Positions 39,191 through 53,202 of a DNA stretch of 64,000 nt are shown piece by piece. Location: contig CM052816.1 of assembly GCA_028534125.1 (NCBI GenBank), positions 41,914,001 to 41,978,000 on the forward strand, written 5' to 3'. The position numbers were made by a program, and so were the translations under genes. Position 1 is the first letter of the stretch, and each line of letters begins with the position of its first letter. The notes under the pieces were generated by a model, which was not told the origin of the DNA, searched no databases, and worked only from the letters and a program-made list of their open reading frames with translations. This DNA comes from Lama glama (Eukaryota).

Positions 39191-41469
39191 ACTCCCTTTA
39201 CTCTCTTTTTTTCCTGCCAATGTCTCCCATTGGCCCAACCTGGCTGGAAGCCAGAGGATAAAGAAACCCAGTGATGTAGTCTGTATAGATTAGCCTCCCA
39301 GTGTAAAGTGCTTGATGGATTTGGAAGTGTAATAAAATATATGCAGAGATGCACATATGTAGTCATTAATATTATTACTATTGTCATTTCATTCTACCCT
39401 ACATATTTTACAACCTGAATAGGTCCTTTCATTTATAACTCTGATTATTTTAAAAACATGCACTGTGCCTCCACTATACATTTTTTAAAATTCAAAATAA
39501 TGTTAAACATGAAGTAATTGTATGGAAATGCTAATATTTGCTTTGATTTATTTCAGTTTTATTCCTCTCAAGTAAAAATCTCCTAGAGCCAGAAAAACGG
39601 GGGGGAAAGTCAGCTCATTACAGTTTTCTCTGACTTCAGCTGTTTTAAAATACACAGTCATTTAAATAACTTGAACAAACTATGATAACTGTGTATTTGA
39701 TGCAGTGGACAGAGATTTTTGTCCCTCCCATTTAAGATAATTGTACTCATGTCATTGAATTCTAGAGAAATATTGGAAATTAAAGAAGTATGTTCATATT
39801 TATGTGGAAAATTCTTAGACCAGGTATAGATGAGTATATTCAAATATTTAAGGCATATAAACCCAAGAAGTATATTAAAAGTCATAATTTAAAATGAGTA
39901 GGAAGGATATGTTAAGGGATAGTTCAGAAAGAATAAGAGGGAATGGAAAGATTTCTTGATTTGATATTGAAAAGCAAAAGACTCATGTTGGAACTAAAGC
40001 AATGATTAATTAAACAGCCAAAATAATTCTTGTAAACAGTTATTTACCCACCAACTGGGTGTTGGATAATTTAACTTCCTTTTGCAATCTGGCTTCTCTG
40101 TTATGAAGGACTCTTCGTTTACATGGTAATAGATGTTATCTTATGAAATGTGGTTCAAGCTCTTGAAGATGTTTGTGAAAAGTGTTATTGTGGTTATGAA
40201 TCTTCCTAGTACTGTCACTATATCTTTATTTTTAGGAGTTAGAGGAAAATGACTCAGTTAAGCCAATCTAACTGATGTAGTATGTTGGTCAGGTTTTATC
40301 ATTATGGGCCACTGTTCTTGAATATTGTCTTTCTCTGGTGACACTCCTTTTTTGGGTCACATTTCCCTAGCACATGATGGTCTTTCACACAAATTATTTC
40401 TTCTCCCAAGAAGCTGACAGACGTTTCCCTTAGGAATCAAAACATTTAAACATGCCAGATTCTATAAGTAGGTTTACAGGTACAATCAGGAACCCTTCTC
40501 CTCTGTCAACATTTCCATAAGTCACACATAAGCCTCATAATAAATTATAAACTGGGAATCATTAAGATACACTTTACTTCCAGAGATCTGATTAGTTTTT
40601 TAATTCTTCCTTACTCTTAATTTTTCTTCTGACATCTAGGTGCTTGGTGGGTAAAGCTTTTTTTTGCACTTAGGGATTGACAAAATTATTTACCTCTCAG
40701 GAAAATTGCAATGTTCTTTTCTATTTCTCCTAAGTATTTTCTATATTTTTTCTAAATTTGTACCATTTATCTCATTCTGTTACAGTTCAGGGTGATACTG
40801 GGGAAACAACATCATTATCGATTGTCTATTAATTGAAAACTTTATATAAAACTACATTTGTACAAGATCGACAAATCTATCTGGTATTATTTTACATCAA
40901 ACAGTTATTCAAGATTATTATAACTATTAAAAGATGAGGGCAGAAATGATTTATTTTTCTTCATTTTCATTTAGTCATTTCATAAACCTTATCAAACAGG
41001 CACTATGTACTTGCACTGTAATATCATGTTCCCTCATTTTGAAGATGGATATGTTTAATTCATGTTTTTTTTGTTATCACATTACAACTGAAATGGGTAT
41101 GTTATGTAGTTTTTTATGCTCAAAAATGAGGATAGGTTTAAGGTGAATTTAGCAATCAGTGGTATTTGTACAATCGAGGAATGCAGAAGACGTAGGAAGA
41201 AAAGTCAAGACAAAGAAGGGTCAATGAAGAGATTCCTTTACTTTTTCAAGGATAATTAAGGCCAAGGGGGAGGAGGAAATAGTGATGAACTCGAGAGGAC
41301 ATTGCATGTTGAAAGAACTGAAGTAGGTTGTCATAGGTGGCATTGAGGATCTGAGAAGAAAGGGAAGCTGGCTCCTAAGGAGACCATCAACCACATCAGG
41401 GTCTTGTATGTTAAGCCAGATACCCCTTTTTAAGCCTATGGGATGATGTGTGACTAGTGACATGATGGT

Positions 41470-41620
41470 GTTTACCTCTCTGTGCCTCGGTTGTCCTTAT
41501 ATGAAAAATATGTATAATAATGCTGGCTGCCTCATGTACTTGTGAGAATAGAATGATTTTATATATACTTCCCATAAATCAGTGCCTGGCATAGGAAGTC
41601 CTGGATAGATGCCAAGTTAA
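41470..41620 (+). mobile_element. MIR SINE core
   Basis: TTTACCTCTCTGTGCCTCGGTTGTCC...ATAATAATGC...CAGTGCCTGGCATAG. Confidence 0.7.
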
Positions 41621-43017
41621 CTATTAAAGAATTTAAAGCAGGAAAATGTCACCATATATAAAATCTCATCCAGAACGGATGTCTTTCTTTATGACATGTT
41701 TGTTATTTCCTTTATCATTATGGGATTTTTCTGGTTTTCTTGGAATACTGAGTAAACTAAGTGAAGAACTGCCTAATCACCAGGAAATTCATTAAAAATG
41801 GTTTCATTGAGATTTAATTTTCAGACCATTTAATTAATATCACTCAATCTTGTCCTTTTAAGGATAATTTATTATGTTTTTCCACAGTCTATATTTGGAC
41901 AGCTACCATAAACACAGCTTGATCAGCTCAAAATTCTACATAAATCTAACAGAAACCAGAGACTCTCTGGCTATATCTGTTTCCTAAAGAGAACAGTTTA
42001 TGCCAAGTTTCTGTGGCAGAGGTCAGTACTTAACAGATACTGTGGTATACTTAATAACCCTATGAAGTCCTGGATGTTAAACCACAGCTTGGAGTCAGAG
42101 CTCTATTTTTCACATGTGTTCTTTTGCACATAGATTTAGGTGCAGAAATAGATTTCCTAAGCATTTCCACTTCTTTTTTCCCCAAATGTATCTTATCTAA
42201 AAAGCTATGTTTTTGAGTTATTTCCACCAGTGCTGCCTTTGTTTCTTTCATTTACACAACCTTTCAAGGTAAAATTAGAAGGTCAATAATGGCAAATAAA
42301 TTGTTTTGTTGGGTAACAAAGCACAGCTGTTGGGGCTATTCAAAATTATGTGGGGAAAAAAGATAATGGCAGCTTGGCTTACGGCGTTACAAAGTCTTTC
42401 CTTCCCTTCCCTTTCCTATTTCTCTCTATATATCAAATCATCCCTGTAGACAGAACTCTGGGTTTATTTTGATTAAGATTTCATTGTTTTCCAAATCATT
42501 ATCCACCCAAAATTACAAATGAATAATTGGAAAACAATAAAATATGTCAATACTAAAACATTCTACTTAAAAAAGCATTTGAAACGTTCATATAGCATGT
42601 TTACCATAAATTGGGTCTTGTTTATTGAGATGAATGTATGTTTCTGTGTTAATTAGGGCCATAAGATAATTTTTACAGTTTTAAAGATGTTCTATTCTAC
42701 TCCATCTGTTGCCTCTTATATTTAAGCACAAAAGGAAAGAGCAATCTCGGGTTCGTAAGACTGGAATTTGAGTTGAGGCTGTATAGAATATGGGTAGTGC
42801 AGTGTAACTGCCAGAGATGCTCTGTTGATTTCATATATATTGATTGAACAGATTGCACTGGAATCACATCTATGTGCAATCAGATTACAGCTTTGAAATT
42901 AAAAATGGAAGTGATTCAGTCCAATTGGAGTTTTAATAATGTTCTTAAACTGTAGAACTGAAAAGGACCTGGGAGATCATCTGGCCGTAATCCCATATGA
43001 ACAGGTGACAACACTAA

Positions 43018-43554
43018 TGTTACTGAGTCCAAGCTGCTTCCTACTGCTCACTGCATGACCAGCCAATAAACTGAGAGACGAAATGTTGGTGCAAAGAATA
43101 GTGACTTTATTTGGAAAGCCAGCAGACCAAGGAGATGCTGAACTAGTGTCCACCCAAACCATCTTACTGGAGTTTGAATATAGGCTTCTTTTACACTAAA
43201 AGGGGAGGGGATGTGGCTGCTTGTTGCAAACTTCTTGGTGTCAGAATCCTTTGTTCTTGAATAGATCTTTGATCTATGTAGGTCTGGTCACAATGTTCCT
43301 ATAAACCTCCAACAAGACAAATATTACTCTTTTCTGCAACTTTTTGTATCTATGTGAATGAAAAATTTTATACCTTTAAAGGTCAAGCCTGAGAGGCAGA
43401 GCCTTGAGAATGCGCTATAGTGTACATTTCAGGCTACGGGCAACATTCTTTCACAAAGATGCAGAATCTGCATGAATAAGCAGAGGCAACAGAACACAAT
43501 GTTTAGAGCTAAAGGAATAGATCCACTAGGGAGTCAAGTTTGTTCTTTATTACA
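43018..43554 (-). mobile_element. ERV1-like solo LTR
   Basis: TG...CA termini (TGTTACTGAGTCCAAGC...TTATTACA); 4-bp TSD CTAA at 43014-43017 and 43555-43558; AATAAA on the minus strand (CTTTATTT ~43106). Confidence 0.85.
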
Positions 43555-44079
43555 CTAAGAGCCAGGAAAGTGAGGTTATTACCATGGTTGTTGGAGTTTG
43601 GGGTCCCTACCTTAAGACGAAAGGAAGAAGCATATCCAGACTAGTGCTAAGTCCATCTGGTCTTTCCTCAGTTCTTCTCGATGGTCATTCCTTTCAACTT
43701 TAGAATATTTGTTAAAGTAATATGTGCATTTCTATAAAGACAATGAGTTCTTTCTTTCTCACTCAGCATGTCCCAGCAGCCTATCGTGAGGCACTTCAGC
43801 TTTGAGGAAATGGTGACAAAATTCAAGCACCTTCCATTTACCCAGCTAATCATCTTCCAGTCTCTTTATAGCCTTCATTTTATAGTGCATACTTAGAGAA
43901 GACTTTCATTTGAATAGGACTTGAAACCACACAAATAATGTTGGGCACTGCCCCTCTTTTTGACTTATAATAGTTTCTTTTTTTTTTTTTCATTTTTCTA
44001 GTTAACTTCTTTTATAGTCAAAGAAATAAAAGGCTTATATTGTCACCCTTCCAACATCAGTGTCATATTCTAACTAACC

Positions 44080-44905
44080 AATGTATTCCTGAGAACCAGA
44101 AAGACGATTCTGGAATGGAAGGTGGAACTTGATTTAGGAGTGCAACTTTTATGTCAGGCTCTTGGGAAGCTTTCAGGCCAAAGCAGGCTGACGGAGAATT
44201 CCCACATCTTGTAGGAGGGGCCTGCCTCAGTGTTCCTGCCACTCAGTCATTGGCTGGGAGCACGTGTATAGTAATGGTGCGGCCTTTGTATGTATATAGT
44301 GCTGGCTCACAGGGCAGCAGTTGAGGATGTCAGTCAATGACTTTCCCTGTGGCAGAAGATCCAGGTGTTGTATTTTCATCAGACATCTGGGCTCCTGAAT
44401 TTTCACAGGCAAGAAGCAAGCAGACCAAACCACTCAACTGCAGACATGGGCAATATCTTATAGAACATAAAACAGATAATGGAGCCGTGCTCTGAGGAGA
44501 ACCATACCTTGGGAGCACAGATGGATTGTAATCACTGTACACTCTTTGTCTCTAGAACAGTAGAAGTTGGTGACATATGCTCAGTGGATTTTAAAATTAT
44601 TATGGATGAGTGATTACTGTATGCCTCCTATTCCCCTCTCTTTGAATGAGAAGGTCTACTTTAATTATCCTGTCTTTGTTTCCCCATTATATGCTATGTG
44701 ACAGTGGGAGAAAATAGCTTTTTGGTTTTTATTCATATATCTCTGCAGCTAAGGTGCTGCACCCAAAGAACTGTGCTTGAAGAAACCTACTCTCACCTGG
44801 ACCCAATTTAGATAAGGAAATACTGGTCCTCAAGCCTGGGCATGATGCTGTCATAGAGTGAAATTTTGGGGAGATAAGTGAATATATTTTATCTAATGGA
44901 AGAAC
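44080..44905 (+). mobile_element. MLT1 internal-region 3' part
   Basis: GTGATTACTGTATGCCTCCTATTCCCCTCTCTTTGAATGAGAAGGTCTACTTTAATTATCCTGTC, abutting the MLT1 LTR. Confidence 0.6.
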
Positions 44906-45450
44906 TTGTGGACAGAGGGCAGAATATGTATTTCCAAAATTGGTCACAAAAATGCTTCTCAACCCACATGCTAATTTGCAGTGTGCCCTTTGCTTGACTT
45001 TATTAATTATGAGGTCTGTTTCTCTTCTGTGGGAATCTGAACTATCCCTGGTCCCTACTTGACCAGTAGAATATAACAGAAGTGACTTTTTGAAGCTTTC
45101 CAATCTTGGCCTTTAAAAGTCTGCATTTTCTGTTTTTACCACTTGGAAGCCAGTGGTCTTGTAAGAAGACCCACTATCCTAATACCACCATGATGTGAAG
45201 AAGCCAAACCAGCCATGTGGAGAGAGAACAGTCATGCAGAGGAACCCTTAGACACCAGCAATATGAGTGAAGCCTTCTTGGATCTTCAAGCCCAACCCAG
45301 TTACCAGTTGACTGCAGCTGACTTAATGACCCTTGTGCAGCAGCAGAACTGCGCTGTCCCAAATCCTGACCCATATATTCATGAGAAGATAAAATGATTA
45401 TTTAAAACGTCTTTGGAGAAGTTGGTCATGTAGCAATAAGTTACTTCCAG
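44906..45450 (+). mobile_element. MLT1F/G/H-like LTR
   Basis: TATTTCCAAAATTGGTCACAA...CCACCATGATGTGAAGAAGCCAAACCAGCCATGTGGAGAG...CATGTAGCAATAAG. Confidence 0.75.
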
Positions 45451-46476
45451 CCTTATACCTCCCTATCTTCCCCTGGATCAGTTGTTCAGTTTCCTTAGTG
45501 TGTGCCTTCCTGCAGTCGACAGATAAACATTGTCACTATGCTTATTGGGGGTACTGATTCATGCACCTATGTGATTGTGGTTTTTAATCAATTATCTCAA
45601 TTTGGGCCCCTCCTGCTATTCTAACTTGTTATATTTATCAACTCCAAGACATTTCTTCATGGAAAACAAACAGAACAAAATACAACATGAAACAAAACTT
45701 CCTTCCTTTGCTGTATTTTTCTCCTATAGATACTTTTCTTCAATCTTTCTGAAATACGTCTTAATTTTAGTTCAAAGTTTAATTTCCCTTCACCCATTCT
45801 CAGAACTTTAATAAAGTTTATTTGTAATTTAATAAATTTACAATTATTCAATATTAGGTAGGAGGAATAAACTTGAGTATCTAATCTATGTTCTGTAACA
45901 AAAAAGCCATTTGTCTACATTCTAATCATCATTTACTCATTTATTTCCTTTATTCAACAAAAGAGTTGTCTTACATAAAGCATCATAGTGTGTCTTAAGC
46001 ATATTCTATAGGAGCTTACAGTACAGTGAGGGAGGAAAGTCTTAACAGGTAACTAACTCAAGTCAAGGTGAAATGAGAACTAGAAGGAAGTTGCATGCAA
46101 TGTGTAGTTTGGTCACAGAGAATGTAGCTCTTAAATCTGGTGTGGGAGCGTGTGGATGACTTCACAGGGAAGGTAACGTGGGTACCTAGCACTGAGCACT
46201 CAGCATAGTGTGCTCAAGTAGGCATTGTGAAGCAGATTTAACTGCCATGTTTAATGAAGAATCTTGAGTCTTGTATAAGTATGCCTTCAATAGGTAGAGA
46301 AGATAAGATGGATTTTCACATCCAGGGAAAAGTAGGAGTAATAGTTTGAAAGAGTCAACAGTGGTAGCGGGATGTTTTCTAACATACCTGGAGTGCTGGA
46401 TTTGTGGAGTGACGAAGTGACCCATTTGGTTCTAAGAAGACATAGAAATTGATGGTAGAATATAAATTTATAAGGA

Positions 46477-46540
46477 CACACACACACATATATATATATA
46501 TACACACACACATACATACGTACATATACATATACATACT
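46477..46540. repeat. Compound (CA)n/(TA)n microsatellite
   Basis: cacacacacacatatatatatatatacacacacacatacatacgtacatatacatatacatac. Confidence 0.9.
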
Positions 46541-46589
46541 TCTTTTTAGTTGATACTGGAGAGATCATTAATAATCTTAAATGGGGCAG

Positions 46590-47520
46590 TATCACTGAGT
46601 CCAAGCTCATACTGTTTGCTGCACAACAGGCCAGTAAATTGAGAGACTAGTTGTTGGGACAAGGAATAGTGACTTTATTCAGAAAGCTAGAGATCGTCAT
46701 TCTAAATGAAGGAAGGCAGAAAGAGAAAGAAAAATACCATATGATATCACTCGTATGTGGAATCTAAAAAAAAAAAAAGACACTATGAACTCATCTACAA
46801 AACAGAAACAGACTCACAGACAGTAAACAATCTTATGATTACCAGGGGAAAAGGGGTAGGGGAGGATAAATTTGGGAGTTTGAGATTTACAAATGTTAGC
46901 CACTATATATAAAAATAGATTTTAAAAAGTTCCTTTTTTATAGCACAGGAAACTATGTTAAATATCTTGCAATAACTTTTAATGGAAAAAAATATGAAAA
47001 TGAATATATGTATGTATATGCATGAGTGGGACATTGTGCTGTGCACCAGAGATTGATACATTTAAATTAACTATACTTCAATTAAATAATAAATAAAAAT
47101 AAGAAAGCCAGCAAACCTGGAAGATGGTGAGCTAGTGTCCTGGAGAACCATCTTGCCTAGGTCTGGATGTTAGGTTCTTTAAAAGCAAAAGGGAGAAGAG
47201 GTAAAGTATTAAAAAGGAGGTAAGTTGTTACAAATATTTCCTGGTTCCAACCAGACTCTGGTGGGATGTCTTAATTTCTTCCTTCTTGCAGCCATTCATT
47301 GATGGGCCTGGTCAGGATGTTTCCTGTGAGCTTAAACAAAGATATTTTAGTTTAATGCTCAGGCATGAGAGGCAGACTTTCCAGAGATGGGCCATTATGT
47401 ACACTAAGCTATAGGCAACATCCCTTTAGTGATTAACTTGTAGCAAAAGCAACAGAATACAAAGATTAAAGTAAAAGAAACAGACCTATTATGGAATTAA
47501 ATTTGTTCTTGCCTATTACA
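46590..47520 (-). mobile_element. ERV1-like solo LTR (same family as 43018-43554), split by an L1
   Basis: TATCACTGAGTCCAAGC...GACTTTATTC...AAAGCCAGC...TATTACA; flanks GCAG and GTAG. Confidence 0.85.
46691..47101 (+). mobile_element. Lineage-specific L1 3' end inserted in the LTR
   Basis: AGATCGTCATTCTAAATGAAG...ATACTTCAATTAAATAATAAATAAAAATA; TSD AGAAAGC(T/C)AG at 46681-46690 and 47102-47111. Confidence 0.9.
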
Positions 47521-50044
47521 GTAGTGATAATAATGAGAAGAAAATAATGATGGGATTATATTGACTTGGCAGTTGTTAGAATTTGAAAGATAAAGAATAG
47601 GTGAAAAACAAAAAATTTACAGTTTAGGGAATAATATTTAGTTATTTTAGCAATGAAAACAGGTGATAACAAACTGTTAAGTATTACAGAAAAATCCGGA
47701 TCAGAGCTTTCCAGTTGAAGCTGTTTACATATAATATGATCAACATGGAAATTGTGGCAAAAGAGCTTGCTGTGGGTCAGATGCTCACTCCTCTCCTCCA
47801 CAACTGTGATCACATGACTAGATTGTGAAATTGAGCTGCCACTTTGTCTGATTCATTAAACAGTATCCTAAAAATAGACAGTGAAGTAGTAACATGAAAT
47901 CCTTGCAAATGGCTGTTAATGGAGGTCTAAAAATCCATTATCTGGTAACTTACCCATATATTATTTTTTTTCCGATAAAAATGGATTTTTCAGACCATAG
48001 GTAGCTTTTAATTGCATTTAAAGAAACTCACTGAAAGAACTCATTTCTAGTGAAAATGCAATGAAATTCTTTTAGCCTTAATCCCAAGAAAATAATAAAA
48101 AAGTGGTTAAGTAATATTTCACACCAAACTAATGTATTAAATTCTATGGACAATTTAGAAAATTTTATACCACACTTGTTCCTGAATTATCTGAAAAGGA
48201 ATTCCACTGGATTTACAATCTTAATAATAATTCTAACCTGTTTGGTGTTTATTTGGTGCCACATGTTATATTATTGTATCACTTAAATTTTTTCTGTACT
48301 GTTAACTTACTTTCCAAGCCTTCTCACTCCAGGCTTCTTACCTTCAGGTCTTCCTCCCTTGAGTGTACAGTTTCCACCTGTTGTCTAATAAAAACTTCCT
48401 TTCAATAAGAGATAGAAATTGTATTCAATGTTACAAATGAAGAAGAGATAAATAGACCTCTGGTTGTCCTGAGCCTTGAAATCCTAGATAAAAATCAACT
48501 TTCTGAACTGCAAAAAAAAAACAAACCTCTCTCTCTTCCTCATTCCACTCTGTCTTCTAATGAAACTAAGTTCATTGAGGGCCAATGGTTGATATTTCTC
48601 CCCGAGTCTATTTGCATTATAAAGGCTTTTTGAACAAACATTGAAATAAAAGTTTTTGAAAGATCTTGAAGCATGAAATTGCAGGAAATACGAAAGAGAT
48701 GAGAGGTGCTTAACTTGAAATGTTATGAAGTAAGGCTACTAGGGAAAGGAATTTAATAAATAAGAAACAAATTTGGAGAAGAGTCTTCCCAGAATTTGGA
48801 AATCACATCATACAGGCAACTATCTACTCTTCTAATTTATAAGGCCACAGTTGGCCAGCTAGTCATTATGATCAGCTTGTATTTATGTTATCTTAGCCAA
48901 GACCACCTGAAATTTAGTTATAAAGCAGACTAGTGAAGTTATCAATTATGAGGAAAAGTCAAACAGGAAAGATACTTTACTCAGAGTCAGTGGGAGTATT
49001 AGCACTTCTCTCTTATGAGTGCCATGCTGTGGAAAGTACAGATAACTGACAGTGTAGCCTGGAAATAAGGTCGTACCATTAGATACAGATATAGAAAAAA
49101 AATGCACCATATGGATTTAAGCTATTAACTTACATTAAGGAAAATAAAATGGCAAGTGGCAGTGTTTTGCTATTGTACTGTTAAAATAAATCTCCCAAAT
49201 GTCCAGCACAAACAATTCCAATATTAAGAAATCTCATTAGTAGTTAATCATTAGAGTATATAGGCACAAATGAGATTAGAAAAAATATTTCTAGAAGATA
49301 CTTGAGCTCTATATCTGCATGGACATAGAAATCTTGATGAAATTAACATGACCTATTGTAATTAAAACTCAGCCAAGATAGGGCAATAAAGATAATTTAT
49401 ACGATTGGAGCTCTGTAAGAGCTGCATAACCTGATGAATCATTTCCCCAATCTCTGCTACATTTCCAGGGCTCTCATTATAATTCTAGTGGTCAAAGCAC
49501 CTAATGAAACAGCTCTAAGGAGGAAGCATGTTTATCAAACCTTACTAATTGTATTATCCTTTCACCATATATTAGCTCTACTGATGAGACCCTAAGGAAA
49601 GACCTCTTTGCCTGCTATCAAAGAAAGACTCCAATTCATGTCTCCTTAAAAGTAGGGAGATTTTTCTCCTCTAAAAAGTTGGCAGTGAGAGGAAGATTAT
49701 TCTTTTCTTTCAATCCAAGAGAAACTTGAACCTCAATCTGTAAAATAGTAAAAAGGTGTCTTAACCACTTCTTTCCTAATTTAGGCCCTTCTGGCCTTAT
49801 TCCACTTGTTGTGCTAATAGTCCTAATTTCAAAGTGAAAGAAAAGTTGTGTGAGCTGTGTGTCCGAATTTATTTTTAACTATTCAACTTGTTAAGTTATA
49901 TTAAAACACAAATACAATATGCTATTTCAATTAGCATTGCAAAATTTATACCCACTATTTTCTCCTTCTCTTCTCCTCATTCTTATGCATAAATTCAGAG
50001 AAGCAAATGGAACTGAACATAAGATTTTTTTTCAAAAATAGAAT

Positions 50045-50170
50045 TTTAGAGTCAAGTTTATTTAGGTATAATTTACATACAGTAGAATTCATCTTTTTCA
50101 GGTATGCAGTTCCATGAATTTTGACAGACATACACCGTTAATAGTTACCACCAAAATCAAACTATAGAAT
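50045..50170 (-). mobile_element. L1 3' end fragment
   Basis: TTTATTTAGGTATAATTTACATACAGTAGAATTCATC...GAATTTTGACA. Confidence 0.7.
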
Positions 50171-51109
50171 ATAAACATGGGCTATTTGTTTTAAAAAGTT
50201 TTTAGAGAAGTAGTGAGACTTCTAGAAAGAACAGGTTTTATTAACTTTTTCTTTGCTTGCTTGCCCCTCAGTGTTTGTCTAAAAAAAAATAAATGTCTAT
50301 ATGTGGCAAATTTTGGTCCAAAAGGTGCTTTCCTTATAACTGGGTAGTGTGCTTGTAGATGAGAAGCTGAAGTACATCACCCCAGACTTCTCTGGCCACC
50401 ACTGCTGTCTGGAAAAAACTAGGAATTGTGCATGTCCAAACTGTACTAGGTCTGTTTGCAGCACTGGGCCCCTACTGTTTGAAAGGGAATAACCAAAAAG
50501 ACCTAAGAAGTGGCTACATCCTTTACTGAGACATGTAACCTCTACTCCCCACAATGAACATCTCTTGCTCTTGCCTTAATCCCAGCCTGGTGCTCTTATT
50601 TACATTTCCTGCCTGATCCCATTGGTACTGGGACCTATGATCCCTGCACTGAAGGAATTTCAGATCGTGTCAAACAGGTGTGGGAGTGGATTTAAGCTTA
50701 GGCCACTTGTCTTGGTGTTCAAAATCATATATATAAATAGCTCTGAAGATAAACTTAAATTGATTCATTTTGGTTCTTAGAATGGAGTGGATAGGCATTC
50801 AGGACTACTGAACTGTCCTCATTTGTTTCCTTTCTCTTTCATATCCTATTATCTTATTCTTTCATATCTTCTGCCCCTAATATCACAAAGCTAGGGATCC
50901 AGAGGCCTTTCCCCCTGCCCCTATAGTGCTAGTGCTAACTAATGGAAGCCATCTTTAGCCCAGTGACCCAAGGCTTTAGGCAGGCCAGCAAGTAGGGCAC
51001 CAGAACTCAGAGTTTGTAGATGTTTCCAAACTCCTCTAATGACTACATGGAGAGAGGAAGAATAGGGGCCCAAGACACAAAATTCAGCTGATAGGAAATA
51101 AGATCAACA

Positions 51110-51112
<3 letters not shown>

Positions 51113-51148
<36 letters not shown>
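51113..51148. repeat. (TG)18 microsatellite
   Basis: Perfect TG run. Confidence 0.95.
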
Positions 51149-51151
<3 letters not shown>

Positions 51152-51719
51152 TATGGGGAAGATGAAAGAAAATGCAAAGACATGGGATCAGGGAAAATTT
51201 GAAGTTTAAATAATGAATAATCAAAGTGAAAAGAGAGAACTAGGCATTACTTTCTATACAAAGGAAATGTTCATCTCTGCCTTTGAGTAAGCTGTCACCT
51301 ATGTATTCTTAAATTCCATCAGAATCACAATTATGTATATTGTTAAATACAAGCACAAGTATAATTGTTGTATTATTGATTTAAACAGAATTATCTCCCT
51401 TTATTTCCATTCTCAAAGTTTGTTGCTTGTTTAGTATAGTCATATACAAACCTTCATGAGAAATTATTTACTTAAAAAATATGTAAGATCCATAGCAGTA
51501 GGGTTTTTGTTTGGTTTGTTACAGTATCCCCAGTGCCTCAGTTATTTCTTGGCACATAATATGACTAGTTTTTTTAAATGAATGAATATAAATGTGTGTG
51601 TGTGTTTGTGAGAGACAAAGGGAGAGAAGTCTCTGAAAATTTAGGTGGAGTAATATACTAATCTCTGTAATAACATCTTTGTTGCATTACTGAGTAAAGT
51701 TATGGAATAAAATGTATCC

Positions 51720-53200
51720 CATCCAGGGGAAGCATACATGGAATCTCGTGTGTGCCAGGTCCAAGGACAGAGGCAGTGATTTCATAGGAACCTGCACTAG
51801 ACCTGCCCGCTGGTTTTGGAGGGTCTCCTGAGGATATGGGGGACAGCTGTGGCTCCCTCAGGGGACATAGAAGCTGGTGGCAGACATTCTATGAGTGTTA
51901 ATTTACATGAGAGTTCTTGGAGGGTGACATCTTGATTGGATCATTAGCACTAAGACCTAGCCCCACCCAGCAGCCTGTAGGGAAGCCTCAGACCAACCAA
52001 CATACAGGGTGGGAACACAGCCCCACCCATCAGCAGACTTCCTGAGCCACAAAGGCCTCTAGGTACAACCTTACCCACCAGAGGTCTAGGACCAAGCTTC
52101 ATCCAGCAGTGGGCAGGCACTGGCTCCTCCTGCCAGGAAACCTGCATGAACCTCTAGTCCAGCCTCATCCACCAGGGGCAAATACTAAAAATAAGAAAAC
52201 AATAATCCTGAAGCCTGTGGAAGGAATTCACAAACACATAGAAAGATAGATGATATGAGGCTGCAAAGGAGTATCTCCTAGGCCCAGGCACAAGATAAAA
52301 TCCCAGAAGAAATATGTGATGAGGAGATAGGTAATTTATCTGAGAAGCAGTTTAAAGTAATGATGGTGAAGATGTTTAGAGAACTCAAGAGGAGTATAGA
52401 TGCACAGAGGGAAGTTTTCAGCAAAGAGTTGGAAAATATAAAGAATATCCAAACAGAGTGGAAGAATAAAATCACTGAAATGAACAATACACTAGAAGGA
52501 ACCAAGAATAGATTAAATGAGGCAGAAGAACAGATCAGTGAGCTAGAAGACAGACCTAGTGGAAAATGACTACTTCAGAATAGAAAAAAGAATAAAAAGG
52601 AATGAGGATAGTTTAAGAGAACTCTGGGACAATATGAAGCACTATAATATTTGCATTATAGGGGTTCCAGAAAGAGAAGAGAGAAAGAAAGGACCTGAGA
52701 AAGTTTTTGGAGAGATAATAACCAAAAACTTCCCCAACTTGGGAAAGGAAACAGTCACCCAAGTCCTGGAAGTGCAGAAAGTACCACACAGAATCAACCC
52801 AAAGAGGAACACACCAAAGGCACATAGTCATCAAATTGACAACAATTAAGGATAAGGAGAAAATGTTAAAATTAGTGAGAGAAAAGCAATGAATAACATA
52901 CAAGGGAACTCCCATAAGGTTAGCAGCTGATTTTTCAGCAGAAACTCTACAAGCCAGAAGGGAGGGGCAAGATATATTTAAAGTGACACAAGAGGGAAAC
53001 TTACAACCAAAAATACTCTATCCAGCAAGGCTCTTGTTTAGACTTGATAGAGAAATCAAAAGCTTCACAGATAAACAAAAGCTGAAAGATTTCAGCACCA
53101 CCAAACCAGCTTTATAACAAATTGTAAAGGACTTTCTGTAGTTATTAGACCGTAAGAAAAGAGAACAAAATGAAGAAAGAGGAAAAAAGAGAGACCTACA
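51720..53200 (+). mobile_element. L1 5'UTR and disrupted ORF1
   Basis: ORFs 52360-52569 and 52559-52849 are L1 ORF1p (ITEMNNTLEGTKNRLNEAEEQISELEDR; RNEDSLRELWDNMKHYNICIIGVPEREE); GC-rich 5'UTR-like sequence upstream. Confidence 0.9.
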
Positions 53201-53202
53201 AA

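Noticed and set aside
47785..47870. Minus-strand exon-like segment (TTTTTAG...GTGAGC)
   Set aside because: Stops in all three frames and no other support
52360..52849. L1 ORF1p-like ORFs as a domesticated gene (L1TD1-like)
   Set aside because: Broken by frameshifts and stops; ordinary decayed L1
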